DNA of 44,555 nt from the IMG/VR virus record IMGVR_UViG_2684622774_000013. The stretch is one strand, 5' to 3'. Below the pieces are notes generated by a model that saw only the letters and a program-made list of their open reading frames with translations, did not search any database and was not told where the DNA came from. Shown one piece after another: positions 27,965 through 38,475 of the stretch (positions within the stretch are counted from its first letter, which is position 1; each line of letters begins with the position of its first letter). Source of the stretch: a virus (Duplodnaviria; Heunggongvirae; Uroviricota; Caudoviricetes). The translations under genes were made by a program, and so were the position numbers.

Positions 27965-29060
27965 ACGGCTGCGTGATGAATCAATTGCTCATGCAGTCTG
28001 GATATCCCGCTATAGCACTGGCGTGGCTGCCAGAATGGTGAAAATACTGAATGACAGCGATGCGGAACTTACTGCTCGCCTGCTGATAGCACTGGACAGC
28101 CTCGATCCAGGTAGTTTTACCGTTAAGCGCCTGGAGTCACTTCTGGCGAGCGTCAGAGAGGTTAACCGCACTGCTATTAACAGCATGTTTACCAGTCTCT
28201 CCGGAGAGCTGAACGAGCTGGCAATTTATGAGGCTGGTTATCAGTTAAGTCTGTTTGATTCTATGCTACCTGATTTTGTTGCTGATGTTCACCCTCTGGT
28301 TGGTATCTCTCCTGATGCACTTTATGCCGCTGCAATGGCGCGACCATTCCAGGGACGACTGCTCAGTGAGTGGGCCTCAGATCTTGAGGCGGATCGGCTC
28401 AGACGCATAACAAATACAGTGCGTCAGGGTTTTTTGCTGGGGGATACCAATGAGCAGATCGCAAGAAAAATTCGGGGACATGTCAGTAAGGGATTTCAGG
28501 ATGGTGCATTGCAGATGAGCCGGGCTAATGCGGCCAGCATTGCAAAAACAGCGGTTGGACATCTTGCTGCTACTGCCCGTGAGAGTTTTGCCAGCGCGAA
28601 TAATGATTTGATTAAGGGTAAGCAATGGTTATCAACGCTTGATAATCGTACTACGCCACAATGTCGAATCAGGGATCGCCTCAAATATACGCTGAATAAT
28701 AAACCTGTAGGTCACAGCGTGCCTTATTTGCAGGGGCCGGGAAAAATTCATTTCTGCTGCCGCTCAACGGAAACGTTCATTCTGAAATCAGCGAAGGAAC
28801 TGGGTATTGATGTTCGCGATATTTCCCCGGCTGAGCGGGCCAGCATGGATGGCGTGGTGGCCGGAGATACAACCTACAGGGAATGGTTTTTGCGTCAGCC
28901 TTACACCAGACAAAAACAGATTGTGGGGGAAAGCCGAGCAAAGCTGATTCGGGATGGTGGTATGTCGCCAGATGAATTTTACACCGATAAAGGCGAATGG
29001 CTGACGCTGAAGCAGCTCCGTGAGCGTGATGCACAGGTATTCAGAAAAGCAGGGATTTAA
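27945..29060 (+). CDS. Head morphogenesis protein (Mu F / SPP1 gp7-like), 371 aa
   Basis: Follows the portal with a 20-nt overlap. Minor head protein family features. Confidence 0.7.
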   Translation: MMQTVNERLRDESIAHAVWISRYSTGVAARMVKILNDSDAELTARLLIALDSLDPGSFTVKRLESLLASVREVNRTAINSMFTSLSGELNELAIYEAGYQLSLFDSMLPDFVADVHPLVGISPDALYAAAMARPFQGRLLSEWASDLEADRLRRITNTVRQGFLLGDTNEQIARKIRGHVSKGFQDGALQMSRANAASIAKTAVGHLAATARESFASANNDLIKGKQWLSTLDNRTTPQCRIRDRLKYTLNNKPVGHSVPYLQGPGKIHFCCRSTETFILKSAKELGIDVRDISPAERASMDGVVAGDTTYREWFLRQPYTRQKQIVGESRAKLIRDGGMSPDEFYTDKGEWLTLKQLRERDAQVFRKAGI

Positions 29061-29079
29061 ATAAATCATTTATTACAAC

Positions 29080-29105
29080 AGGCTACCTTCGGGTGGCCTT
29101 TTTTA
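29080..29105 (+). terminator. Intrinsic terminator-like hairpin inside the late operon (UUCG tetraloop)
   Basis: AGGCTACC-TTCG-GGTGGCCT followed by TTTTTT. Confidence 0.6.
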
Positions 29106-29164
29106 TTGCTGCGATCCGGATGGTGAGCAGCGTAACTGTCGGAAGACTTAAACCAGGTACTAAT

Positions 29165-29929
29165 ATGAAACTGAAAACGGTCGAGATTAACGGAAAACAA
29201 TACGCAGAAATTGATACTGCTGGCCTGCCAGTTTATGTGCACGACGATGGTAAAGAAATTGGCTTCGATGCACCGCTGGCGACAAAAAAAATTACAGAGC
29301 TTAATGGCGAGGCAAAAAATCATCGCCTGGCTAAAGAAGCTGCAGAGGAAAAACTGGCTAAGTTTGCCGCTATCGAAGACCCGAAGAAGGCGATCGAGGC
29401 ACTGGAAATGCTGTCAAAAATCGACCAGAAAAAGCTGCTCGATGCGGGACAGGTTGACCAGGTTAAGGCAGAAATTACGAAAAATTTTCAGCAGCAATTA
29501 GATGAAGAAAAGCAACGCTCTCAGATGCTGGAGAAGCAGCTTTACGATTCTATGATTGGCGGTAGTTTTGCGGGTTCAAAATATATTGCCGATAAAATTG
29601 CGATCCCGGCAGATTTATTACAAGCCCGCTTCGGGCAGGCATTCAAAGTGGAAGAAGGGAGGATCGTTGCTTATGACGCTTCCGGCAACAAAATTTATTC
29701 CCGCGCGAAGCCTGGCGAACTGGCGCAGTTTGATGAGGCGCTGGAGTTCCTTGTCGAAAATTACCCTCAGAAAGACTACATCCTGAAAGCCAGTGGCAAC
29801 AATGGCGGCGGCTCCCGTCCGACACAGCATGATATTGGTCAGAAAACGATGAAACGCTCTGCTTTTGATGCACTGGATGTTGCAGGTAAGCAAAACGCAT
29901 TGAAAGACGGTATCACAATCGTTGATTAA
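29165..29929 (+). CDS. Putative scaffolding protein (254 aa)
   Basis: Acidic, alpha-helical and coiled-coil-like sequence between the head morphogenesis and major capsid genes. ATG at 29165; the track ORF begins at an upstream GTG inside the terminator hairpin. Confidence 0.65.
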   Translation: MKLKTVEINGKQYAEIDTAGLPVYVHDDGKEIGFDAPLATKKITELNGEAKNHRLAKEAAEEKLAKFAAIEDPKKAIEALEMLSKIDQKKLLDAGQVDQVKAEITKNFQQQLDEEKQRSQMLEKQLYDSMIGGSFAGSKYIADKIAIPADLLQARFGQAFKVEEGRIVAYDASGNKIYSRAKPGELAQFDEALEFLVENYPQKDYILKASGNNGGGSRPTQHDIGQKTMKRSAFDALDVAGKQNALKDGITIVD

Positions 29930-30027
29930 CACATTTGTCAGCTTCCGGATGGGAGCTGGTGTCAGGGCTGGATAGCTCATTACTCCATCTATTCACAATT
30001 ACGCAAATTTTTAAGGAATATTTAATT

Positions 30028-31167
30028 ATGGCTGGAAATACCCTGACCGGGTTGATCCCGACTATTTATACCGCCCTGGATGTTGTATCCCGTGAGCAGG
30101 TAGGTTTTATCCCTGCGGTAGCAAAAAACGCAAAAGCTGACGCCGCAGCAAAAGATCAGACGGTAACCGCGCCAGTTGCGCCTGAGGCGAAAACCGAAGA
30201 TATCGTACCGGGGCCGTCAGCTCCGAATACCGGTGATCAAAATATTGGCACTGTTGATGTAAAAATTACTAAATCCAAAATGGCACCGGTTAAATGGAAT
30301 GGTGAAGAACAACTGGCTCTTGGCCCTTCAGGGACTTACAACACCATTCTGGCTGATCAGTTCAAGCAGGCTTTTCGCGCCCTTGCAAACGAGGTTGAGG
30401 CTGATCTTGGTGCGTTGTATTTCGGTGCTTCCCGCGCCGTGGGAACCGCAGGGACAACGCCGTTTGGTGTTAAAGATGATCTTTCTGATGCTGCTCTGGC
30501 TCGTCAGGTTCTGGAGGATAACGGCGCACCGACAACCGATCTGCAGATGGTGCTTGGCTCCACTGCCATTGCTAATTTGCGCGGAAAACAGTCTGTATTG
30601 TTTAAAGTGAATGAATCCGGCACTGAACAGCTACTGCGTGAGGGCGTGTTGGGGCGTCTGGAGGGATTCAATATTCACAGTTCGGCAGGTGTGAAACGAG
30701 CGCCAAAGGTTGCTGCAACTGGTTATCTCGTGAATGGAGAGAAAAAAGAAGGCGATGTTCTTATTTCCATTGATACTGGTTCGGGGAGTATTTCTGCAGG
30801 TCAGATTGTTACGTTCGCTGGTGATCCGAATCAGTATGTTGTGGCAGCAGCGACCAGCAATCTGATTACTCTTGCAGCGCCCGGACTGCGTCAGGATCTG
30901 GCCGATGATACTGCCATCACAGTTGTTGGGGCCTTTACTGCAAATATGGCGTTTGATCGCAACGCGTTTCTGCTGGCATCCCGTACTCCGGCAATGCCGG
31001 AAGGTGGCGATAATGCTGATGATGTAATGAATGTTACGGACCCGATTTCAGGGATTACGTTCCAGATTGCACTGTATCGTCAGTATCGCCAGGTGCGCTA
31101 TGAAGTTGGACTGGCATGGGGTGTTTCATCAGTGAAGCCGGCACATGGTTGTCTGATTCTTGGTTAA
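30028..31167 (+). CDS. Major capsid protein (379 aa)
   Basis: ATG at 30028 with AAGGA SD. Size, position after the scaffold gene and a strong terminator after the stop. Confidence 0.8.
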   Translation: MAGNTLTGLIPTIYTALDVVSREQVGFIPAVAKNAKADAAAKDQTVTAPVAPEAKTEDIVPGPSAPNTGDQNIGTVDVKITKSKMAPVKWNGEEQLALGPSGTYNTILADQFKQAFRALANEVEADLGALYFGASRAVGTAGTTPFGVKDDLSDAALARQVLEDNGAPTTDLQMVLGSTAIANLRGKQSVLFKVNESGTEQLLREGVLGRLEGFNIHSSAGVKRAPKVAATGYLVNGEKKEGDVLISIDTGSGSISAGQIVTFAGDPNQYVVAAATSNLITLAAPGLRQDLADDTAITVVGAFTANMAFDRNAFLLASRTPAMPEGGDNADDVMNVTDPISGITFQIALYRQYRQVRYEVGLAWGVSSVKPAHGCLILG

Positions 31168-31177
31168 ACATTCAAAC

Positions 31178-31197
31178 GGGGCTTCGGCCCCATTTTT
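31178..31197 (+). terminator. Intrinsic terminator after the major capsid gene
   Basis: GGGGC-TTCG-GCCCC followed by ATTTTT. Confidence 0.65.
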
Positions 31198-31209
31198 AAT
31201 GGGGGGCAT

Positions 31210-31386
31210 ATGGCCGGATTAACTAAAGAGCAAAGAGCACAGCGTGAAGCCGCACAAAAAACGCAAATTGAGTTAGTGGTTATGGTGACCGATTATCAGA
31301 TGTTTCCCGGCGCACCAACTATCGCTAATGTTCATCCTGATGAAGTTGACAACTGGAAGGCTATGGGCTGGAAAACTCAGGAGTAA
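31210..31386 (+). CDS. Possible small head-associated protein (58 aa)
   Basis: Hand-found ORF below the track cutoff: MAGLTKEQRAQREAAQKTQIELVVMVTDYQMFPGAPTIANVHPDEVDNWKAMGWKTQE. GGGGGG precedes the ATG, and it fills the gap between capsid and connector genes. Confidence 0.4.
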   Translation: MAGLTKEQRAQREAAQKTQIELVVMVTDYQMFPGAPTIANVHPDEVDNWKAMGWKTQE

Positions 31387-31389
31387 CAC

Positions 31390-31785
31390 ATGATCACTTA
31401 CGTGACCTGTGATGACGTTGATAATGCGTTTGGGAACGCCTGGACGAGTGAGAACGCTAAAAATAAAGCTGTTTTAATGGCTAATGCCTGGCTTAATGGC
31501 TTCAACCTGAAAATTAACCCATCCCGTATTCCGGAAGAGGTAAAACTTGCGGGAGCATATGCAGCCAGAATTGCCTCATTCGGTAAGTTGTTTCAGCAGA
31601 AAAATGATTCTGGCGTTGTTATCAGTAAAGCCGTGTCGGCTGACGGGGTCAGTGTATCGAAATCATTTTCTGAGTTGCCAGCAAACAGCACTGCATTGCT
31701 TGAACCCGATTTACAGCTTGCGATAGCACTGCTGAAACCGTACGGACTTAGTCGCTCACAAGTCAGGGTTGTGAGGGGGGGATAA
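31390..31785 (+). CDS. Head-tail connector / head completion protein (131 aa), putative
   Basis: Position in the morphogenesis module; AGGAG SD. Confidence 0.6.
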   Translation: MITYVTCDDVDNAFGNAWTSENAKNKAVLMANAWLNGFNLKINPSRIPEEVKLAGAYAARIASFGKLFQQKNDSGVVISKAVSADGVSVSKSFSELPANSTALLEPDLQLAIALLKPYGLSRSQVRVVRGG

Positions 31786-32168
31786 TGGGGCTTCGTGAAG
31801 AGATTCAGTCAGAGGTTGCCGCTGCTTTTGATGAGGATTTAGCGGACGCCGTGAGTGATTTTTCTGGTTCTTACGTTACGCACCGGCACTGGGATCCTGT
31901 GACGGAAACTGGCGGCGAATCCACCGCAATCTATACCGGGCGAGGCGTGTTGACACGTTATAAGCTGGGCAGAATTGATGGGATTAATATTTTGCATGGT
32001 GACCTTAAATTAACCGCTCTGGTATGCGAGGTTACGGATAAACCAGCTGTCGACCATATTATTGAGATTTATGATCCTGTATCAAGGCAGTTACAACGAT
32101 ACGAGGTAATTACAGCAAGTGTAGATCCTTCCGCATCAGTTTACTCTATCCAGTTAAGGAGAGCGTAA
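31785..32168 (+). CDS. Head-tail joining protein (127 aa), putative
   Basis: Start overlaps the upstream stop; GAGGGGGGG SD. Confidence 0.6.
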   Translation: MGLREEIQSEVAAAFDEDLADAVSDFSGSYVTHRHWDPVTETGGESTAIYTGRGVLTRYKLGRIDGINILHGDLKLTALVCEVTDKPAVDHIIEIYDPVSRQLQRYEVITASVDPSASVYSIQLRRA

Positions 32169-32549
32169 ATGGCAAAGGCATGGGATATAGAACCGTCAAT
32201 ATTTGCCGGGATGATTGAGGAAGATGTAGGGCTGAAGATTCGCTACATCGCTATGCAGATTCTTACTGCTATTGATATTGCTGCTCCGGTTGATACCGGA
32301 CGTTTCAGAAATAACAACCTGGTGTCGTTACAGCATCCCGATTTTGGTATATCTGATAACGTGGATCCGAACGGTACGATTGCTGTTCAGCGTGGGATCG
32401 GGGTTATTTCGAAAGCTGCAAATTACGGGGTTATTTATATCCAGAATAACCTTCCTTATGCAGAGGCTCTTGAAAACGGTCATTCACAACAAGCGCCAAC
32501 TGGCGTGTATGCCAACGCTTTTCATGGTGTTTTACAGGCTTACAAATGA
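32169..32549 (+). CDS. Tail component, HK97 gp10-like (126 aa), putative
   Basis: Position; AAGGAGAG SD. Confidence 0.6.
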   Translation: MAKAWDIEPSIFAGMIEEDVGLKIRYIAMQILTAIDIAAPVDTGRFRNNNLVSLQHPDFGISDNVDPNGTIAVQRGIGVISKAANYGVIYIQNNLPYAEALENGHSQQAPTGVYANAFHGVLQAYK

Positions 32550-32938
32550 AGTTTACTGAAATCAGAAATACGGTTATTTCCAGAATGACGGCACAGACGA
32601 TTATTGATGGAAAAGACGTATTGTATCCGAACGGGCCAACGTTCGATCCTTCCGGTAAGTTAATCTGGGCGCGGTTAAGTAATATTCCCGGGCAGGCTGG
32701 AGTTAATGAAATTGGCGCGGGGCCGGTTGTTTATCGCACGGGGATAATCATTATTCAGTTATTTGTCCCCGCAGGTTCTGGTTCAAAACTCATTACTGAG
32801 ACAGCCGATAAATTGCGGGAACTGTTTGAGTTTCAGGATGACGATCGTCTCAGTTACCAGGCTGTTTCCTCAATAGCCGTTGGCGAAAAGAATGGCTGGT
32901 TCCAGCTTAATCTTCAAATTCCATATCGCGCGCTCTAG
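32546..32938 (+). CDS. Tail completion / tail terminator-like protein (130 aa), putative
   Basis: Start overlaps the upstream stop; precedes the major tail gene. Confidence 0.6.
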   Translation: MKFTEIRNTVISRMTAQTIIDGKDVLYPNGPTFDPSGKLIWARLSNIPGQAGVNEIGAGPVVYRTGIIIIQLFVPAGSGSKLITETADKLRELFEFQDDDRLSYQAVSSIAVGEKNGWFQLNLQIPYRAL

Positions 32939-32964
32939 CGCAATTAATGACATAGGAGGCTCCT

Positions 32965-33927
32965 GTGAGTTCAGGTGCAAAGGTTATCTCGGCATTTATC
33001 CGGGAGACGGTTGCAGGCACTACGCCAGCAAGTGGTGACTGGAGTTTATTAAAACGCACAAGCTGGGGAGTAAAACCCACCCAGAATAAAGGCGAAAATA
33101 ATGAGATTGGTGGCTCCCGGATGGCTCAGGGGGCGACGCCTGGCACTGTGGATGTCGGCGGTGATGTTGGTACCAAATTTCGCTGGGGTCAACATGATGA
33201 TTTTCTTGCATCCTGTTTCGGCGCGGAATGGTCAGGCGATTCTCTGACAATGGGGAATGAGCGAATAACATTTTCTCTGGCGACCTATGCGTCCGATGTC
33301 GGAATTGCCTCTGTCGTCAGAGGAGCGCAGGTTGGCTCATGGAAAATGCAGATCCCTAACGACGGCGATATTACAGCGACCGTAACCTTTGCCGGACTGG
33401 ACTGGGAATCAAAGGCCGATGATACGAATTTTATCAAAGGCGAACCTGTGGATAGTGCAGGAAAGCTACGTTATTCGTTTAAGGAGGTTTCAGCAGTAAG
33501 CCTGAATGGTGTTGCCGGAGGTAACGGTTTTTGTATCGACAGTTTTGATATTCAGTTCGATAACAAACTCCAGACACAGCGTTGTATCGGGACTGGCTCG
33601 CCTTATGCAGGAGCAAATATTCCGACTACTTTTACACCGTCCGGTACGGTGACGCTTTCATGGTCTAAAGCCGCGTGGGAAATCTGGAGTAAAACACTGA
33701 CTGGAGAAACAGTTCCGTTCAGCTTCACGCTTTCGAATGGAGAGGGGGCATACACTTTCAGTTTCCCGAAGGTTCAGGTGTCAGGTGAATGGCCTGATGG
33801 GGGTAATAGCGACATTATCCAGGTTCAATTGAGCATTACCGCAGCAGATGAAGCACCTACGATAACCAGAAAAAAAAATTCCCCGGCTGCCGTGATCGCA
33901 AAAGCCAGTGCTGAGGCGATTAGTTGA
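32965..33927 (+). CDS. Major tail (tube) protein (320 aa)
   Basis: GTG start with TAGGAGG SD. Gly, Ser and Thr-rich; located before the chaperone and tape-measure genes. Confidence 0.78.
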   Translation: MSSGAKVISAFIRETVAGTTPASGDWSLLKRTSWGVKPTQNKGENNEIGGSRMAQGATPGTVDVGGDVGTKFRWGQHDDFLASCFGAEWSGDSLTMGNERITFSLATYASDVGIASVVRGAQVGSWKMQIPNDGDITATVTFAGLDWESKADDTNFIKGEPVDSAGKLRYSFKEVSAVSLNGVAGGNGFCIDSFDIQFDNKLQTQRCIGTGSPYAGANIPTTFTPSGTVTLSWSKAAWEIWSKTLTGETVPFSFTLSNGEGAYTFSFPKVQVSGEWPDGGNSDIIQVQLSITAADEAPTITRKKNSPAAVIAKASAEAIS

Positions 33928-33975
33928 TTTTCCGTTATTCCTCCTGTGGTACTGCCCTACAGGGGGACGCATTGA

Positions 33976-34437
33976 ATGAGGTTATGGATGTTTATTCTTA
34001 ATCAGAAAATTATCATTGGTGGAGAACGCTGGTTTACGCCAATGAAGGACTTAAAACCTGTAGACGGGTTAAAACTGTTGGTGGCAAGCAGCGATAACGA
34101 TCAGTATCGCTCCCGTAATGCATTAATCCGTCGCCACATTGAGAAAATGGATGCCAGTTTGCACGTCGGAACGAAGGAGTTTGATATTTCAAAGGTTTCC
34201 GAGGTGGATTCTGTTGATGATTTACTCATTGATAATGCCGCTCGTTATCTGCTGAAAGACTGGAAAGGGGTTGGTGAACTGGTTAATGGTGTTGAGGTTG
34301 CACTGGAATATACGGCAGAACGAGGGATCGCGCTGCTTAAGCAGAATCCAGAGTTGTACTGGCAGATCCTTGCAGAAGCAGCCAGCATCGCCCAGGGTAA
34401 AGAGCAGCATAAGCAGGATACGATAAAAAAGCCATAG
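33976..34437 (+). CDS. Tail assembly chaperone, gpG-like (153 aa)
   Basis: Precedes the tape measure gene and ends just after an A_AAA_AAG slippery heptamer. Confidence 0.8.
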   Translation: MRLWMFILNQKIIIGGERWFTPMKDLKPVDGLKLLVASSDNDQYRSRNALIRRHIEKMDASLHVGTKEFDISKVSEVDSVDDLLIDNAARYLLKDWKGVGELVNGVEVALEYTAERGIALLKQNPELYWQILAEAASIAQGKEQHKQDTIKKP

Positions 34438-34745
34438 CTGCCCAGCGGTGGTTATCGGAGTTCGGGGGAGAAAGGGGGGAAAAGGCAAGATGGAAGCGAG
34501 AAAAACTCAGGTTGCCACCGATACCGGAACCAGAAATAGACCCGGTGCTTAAGGAGTTGTTGTACGCCTATTCGGTAATATCCCGTGCCCGACGTTATGC
34601 TGGAATGGCTGGGGTGCCTTTGCCTTTATCTCTGACAGAGATAAATGAATATTTAGCCACTCATCCGGTATTGATTGAGCGCGATGAATTTGAAGCAGTG
34701 ATCTTTGCACTGGATGACCAGTATTTTCAGGAGCAGTGTGTGTAG
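33976..34745 (+). CDS. Tail assembly chaperone fusion, gpGT-like, made by -1 programmed frameshift at 34425-34431
   Basis: Heptamer A AAA AAG (34425-34431) lies in the correct frame 4 nt before the G stop. The -1 frame is open from there to 34745 with no stop, encoding ...LPPIPEPEIDPVLKELLYAYSVISRARRYAGMAGVPLP... Confidence 0.7.
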
Positions 34746-34865
34746 TTGTTAATTACGTACACTCTGTTACAGAGATGTGATGGTGTCTTTAATTAAATCG
34801 ATGATGCTCCTGGAGAAAAGCATTGCGTGGCCTCGTAATCGCTATATCTACTATTATGTCGCCTG

Positions 34866-34890
34866 AAACCCACTTCGCGGTGGGTTTTTT
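34866..34890 (+). terminator. Intrinsic terminator-like hairpin just upstream of the tape measure gene
   Basis: AAACCCAC-TTCGCG-GTGGGTTT followed by a T-run; CAGGAG SD follows. Confidence 0.6.
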
Positions 34891-34910
34891 GTTGTCAGGA
34901 GTTTTAATAA

Positions 34911-37900
34911 ATGGCAGAGCAAACCTCGCGTCTCGCAATAATTATTGATAGCACTGGAGCGAAAAATAATGCTGACAATCTGACCTCCTCATTAGTCAAA
35001 ATGACGCAGGCTGGGGAAACTGCTGCAAATAGCGCAGGGAAAGTGACTAAGGCAACAGAAGATGAGAAGAACGCGCTCGCAAAATTAAAAGCAGCTATTG
35101 ATCCAGTTGGTGCCGCAATTGATACTGTCGGTCGACGCTATTCTGAATTAAAGAAATTTTTCGATAAAGGGCTTATTGATAAAGAAGAATATGAATTTCT
35201 TGTCCGTAAACTTAATGAAACCACAGAGGAATTGAGCGGGGTTGCGCAAGCGCAGAGAGAAGCCGAGAAGGCCGGAAAACTTGCTGCCGCCCAGCAGGAA
35301 GCGCAGGCTCAGGCCTTTCAAAGAATGCTGGACAAGATCGACCCTCTGGCTGCGGCGCTAAGAAATCTTGAACAACAGCATGATGAACTTAATGCTGCGT
35401 TTGCATCCGGGAAAATAAATGGTTCTCAGTTTGAGAATTATAGCCGAAAAATACAGGAAACACGGCGAGAGCTTACCGGAGAGGCTCAGGCAGAGCGAGA
35501 AGCAGCAAAAGCGCATGATGAACAGGTTGTTGCTTTGCAACGTCTGATTGCTCAACTTGATCCTGTCGGAACTGCTTTTAATCGTCTGGTAGAACAACAG
35601 AAACAGCTCAATGAAGCAAAAGCTAAGGGGATGCTTTCTCCTGAAATGTATGAGGAGCTTTCTGGAAAACTTCGTGCTATGCGGAGTGAGCTTGAGGTTA
35701 CTCAATCACAATTAAGCAAAACCGGAATGTCGGCAAAACAAACGGCTTTTGCTATGCGCATGTTGCCTGTACAAATGACGGATATTGTTGTTGGGTTGTC
35801 CACTGGTCAGTCGCCATTTATGGTGTTAATGCAGCAGGGCGGCCAGCTAAAAGATATGTTCGGTGGGATTGGCCCGGCGATCAAAGGTGTAGGTTCTTAT
35901 GTGCTGGGATTAATTAATCCTTTTACCCTGGCCGCAGCAGCCGTTGGGGTCTTAGGACTGGCTTACTATAAAGGCTCTCAGGAGCAGGACGAATTTAATA
36001 AATCTCTTATTCTTACCGGAAATCAGTTGGGGACAACCAGCGGGCAATTGGGCGATATAGCTCAACGTGCCGGGAATGCGGCTGATTCGACAACTGGTGC
36101 TGCGGCGGCAGTATTAAATCAGCTTGTGCGTTCGGGAAAGGTAGCGAGCAGTTCGCTGGAGCAAGTGACGACAGCGATAGTAAAAACGAGCGAAGTAACA
36201 GGAATATCAACCGAACAACTGGTTAATGACTTCAATGAAATTGCAAAGGATCCTGTCAGTGCCATATCAAAACTTAATGATCAGTACCATTTTCTGACAC
36301 TTGCGACTTATAACCAGATTAAGGCGCTACAGGATGAAGGGAACCAGCAGGAGGCCGCCCGCATTGCGACAGAAGAATACTCATCCTCAATGATCCAGCG
36401 CACCAACCAGATTAAAGAAAATCTTGGTTATCTTGAGACTGCATGGAAAGCTGTCGCAGACTCCGCAAAATGGGCATGGGATTCCATGCTGGATATTGGC
36501 CGTGAGGCCTCCCTTGATCAAAAAATCTCAGATGTTCTCCGTCAAATTGATGAAATAGAAAAAAATACCCGACCCGGAGTTTTCGGGTTAGGTGGCATTG
36601 GAGATGGCGGAGCTCAAAATAAAAGGCTGGCACGATTAAAGCAGCAATTGGGCGTACTTCAAGCAGAAAAAATTGCTCAGGACGTACTAAATTCATCAAT
36701 AAACGATTACAACAAGCGACAACAGGAAGGAATTGAACTCAGACAGAGAGCAGATGCCTTTTCAAAACAATATCAGACCCGGGAGCAGCAGAGAGCTAGT
36801 GAACTTGCAAAACTGGAAAAGCTAAAGAATCAGTATTCAAAGGAAGAATATAATAATCTTATCGCTCAAATAAATGAGCGTTATAAAGATCCAAAGCAAC
36901 CAAAGGCGAAAGGTTATTCTGATGATGCAGCCCAACGAATGATTGATCATCTGAATCAACAGAATGCGTTACTAAGTTCACAAGCTGAGTTGACCGTTAA
37001 ATTAAGTTCCTCTGAACAGGAACTGGTTAAGTGGCGTCAGCGGATTGCCGACCTAGAGTCACGACCATCATCGAAATTAACCCAGGATCAGAAATCGCTT
37101 CTCTTACACCGGGAAGAAATAACCACGTTGATGGAGAAAAATGTTGCGATTGAAAAAAATAACAGGCTAATCAAGGAATCCGCCGAAATAACAGCATGGC
37201 GTGATTCATTGCAGGCTTCGATTGATAATCGTCAGCAGGGGTATGATATTCAGATTGCTGGTTATGGGGTTGGCGATAAAAATCAGCAACGCCAGCAGGA
37301 ATTACTGCGGATTGAACATGGATATAACAATCAGCGTCTGCAACTTGAACGTGACTATGCAGATAAATCCCGTGGAATGTCAGATCATGTTTTTCAAGAG
37401 AAAATGCAGGCTCTGAATGATGCTCTGGAACGGGAAAAAGAAATTGTCAGACAGAAAAACGAGCAGCTCGATATTCAGGCAGGAGACTGGGTTAGTGGTG
37501 CCTCCCAGGGATTCAATAACTGGCTGGATGACACTAAGGATATCAGTGAGCAGATAAAATCAACCACGACTCAGATGTTTGATGGGATGACCGATGCGCT
37601 GGGTGATTTTGTCACGACAGGCAAGGCAAATTTTCGTTCTTTCGCTACTTCCGTGATTTCGGATCTTAGTCGAATAGCATTAAAGGCTTCAATTACTGGG
37701 ATTTTCGACAGCATTAGTAACAGTTCTTCTGGGGGGATTTTAGGAACTATCGGGAGTGCTATTAGTAAATTTATTCCGAATGCAAAGGGCGGTGTTTATG
37801 AGTCTCCGTCATTGAGCACGTATTCGAACGGTATTTATGATTCCCCGCAATTTTTTGCTTTTGCAAAAGGGGCTGGTGTTTTTGGTGAGGCTGGACCGGA

Positions 37901-38144
37901 AGCCATTATGCCATTAACACGAACTTCCGATGGTTCTCTTGGTGTCAGAGCTATTAATAGTAAAAGTGGTAATGGAGGCGGAGATATTACCTATGCCCCT
38001 GTATACCAAATCACTATTCAAAATGACGGCCAGAATGGAGAGATTGGCCCTCAGGCAATAAAAGCACTTATGGGGATGGTTGATCAGCGGGTGCAGGGCA
38101 ATCTGTTAAATATGCGACGTGATGGGGGAATGTTAAGTGGCTAA
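34911..38144 (+). CDS. Tail tape measure protein (1077 aa)
   Basis: Very long alpha-helical protein with three N-terminal about 75-aa repeats (AIDPVGAA..., KIDPLAAA..., QLDPVGTA...) and C-terminal Gly-rich segment. The Rac tmpR remnant corresponds to this gene. Confidence 0.9.
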   Translation: MAEQTSRLAIIIDSTGAKNNADNLTSSLVKMTQAGETAANSAGKVTKATEDEKNALAKLKAAIDPVGAAIDTVGRRYSELKKFFDKGLIDKEEYEFLVRKLNETTEELSGVAQAQREAEKAGKLAAAQQEAQAQAFQRMLDKIDPLAAALRNLEQQHDELNAAFASGKINGSQFENYSRKIQETRRELTGEAQAEREAAKAHDEQVVALQRLIAQLDPVGTAFNRLVEQQKQLNEAKAKGMLSPEMYEELSGKLRAMRSELEVTQSQLSKTGMSAKQTAFAMRMLPVQMTDIVVGLSTGQSPFMVLMQQGGQLKDMFGGIGPAIKGVGSYVLGLINPFTLAAAAVGVLGLAYYKGSQEQDEFNKSLILTGNQLGTTSGQLGDIAQRAGNAADSTTGAAAAVLNQLVRSGKVASSSLEQVTTAIVKTSEVTGISTEQLVNDFNEIAKDPVSAISKLNDQYHFLTLATYNQIKALQDEGNQQEAARIATEEYSSSMIQRTNQIKENLGYLETAWKAVADSAKWAWDSMLDIGREASLDQKISDVLRQIDEIEKNTRPGVFGLGGIGDGGAQNKRLARLKQQLGVLQAEKIAQDVLNSSINDYNKRQQEGIELRQRADAFSKQYQTREQQRASELAKLEKLKNQYSKEEYNNLIAQINERYKDPKQPKAKGYSDDAAQRMIDHLNQQNALLSSQAELTVKLSSSEQELVKWRQRIADLESRPSSKLTQDQKSLLLHREEITTLMEKNVAIEKNNRLIKESAEITAWRDSLQASIDNRQQGYDIQIAGYGVGDKNQQRQQELLRIEHGYNNQRLQLERDYADKSRGMSDHVFQEKMQALNDALEREKEIVRQKNEQLDIQAGDWVSGASQGFNNWLDDTKDISEQIKSTTTQMFDGMTDALGDFVTTGKANFRSFATSVISDLSRIALKASITGIFDSISNSSSGGILGTIGSAISKFIPNAKGGVYESPSLSTYSNGIYDSPQFFAFAKGAGVFGEAGPEAIMPLTRTSDGSLGVRAINSKSGNGGGDITYAPVYQITIQNDGQNGEIGPQAIKALMGMVDQRVQGNLLNMRRDGGMLSG

Positions 38145-38475
38145 TACGGAAGAATTTCACTGGTTACCAGAGGATGGAATGAAAACAGAAAATAAACCAT
38201 CGATAAAAACTGTAAGATTTGGTGATGGTTATGAGCAACGAAGTCCAAATGGACTTAATCATTCTCTGCGCGTTTTCACCTGTGATTTCAAAGTTGAGGC
38301 GAATGAACGTGATTCATTTGAAAAATTTTTAGCCCGGCATGAAGGCTATAAATCTTTTTTTTGGCGCCCGCCGGGTATTAACAGAAAAATCAGAGTGGTG
38401 TGTCGAACGTGGTCAGCGACAGAACATATCACCTATACCGATTTTTCGTGTCAGTTTGACGAAGTGGTGATCTGA
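38137..38475 (+). CDS. Minor tail protein, lambda gpM-like (112 aa, or 98 aa from ATG 38179)
   Basis: ...[16 protein letters not shown]...[30 protein letters not shown]... parallels lambda gpM. Confidence 0.85.
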   Translation: MANTEEFHWLPEDGMKTENKPSIKTVRFGDGYEQRSPNGLNHSLRVFTCDFKVEANERDSFEKFLARHEGYKSFFWRPPGINRKIRVVCRTWSATEHITYTDFSCQFDEVVI

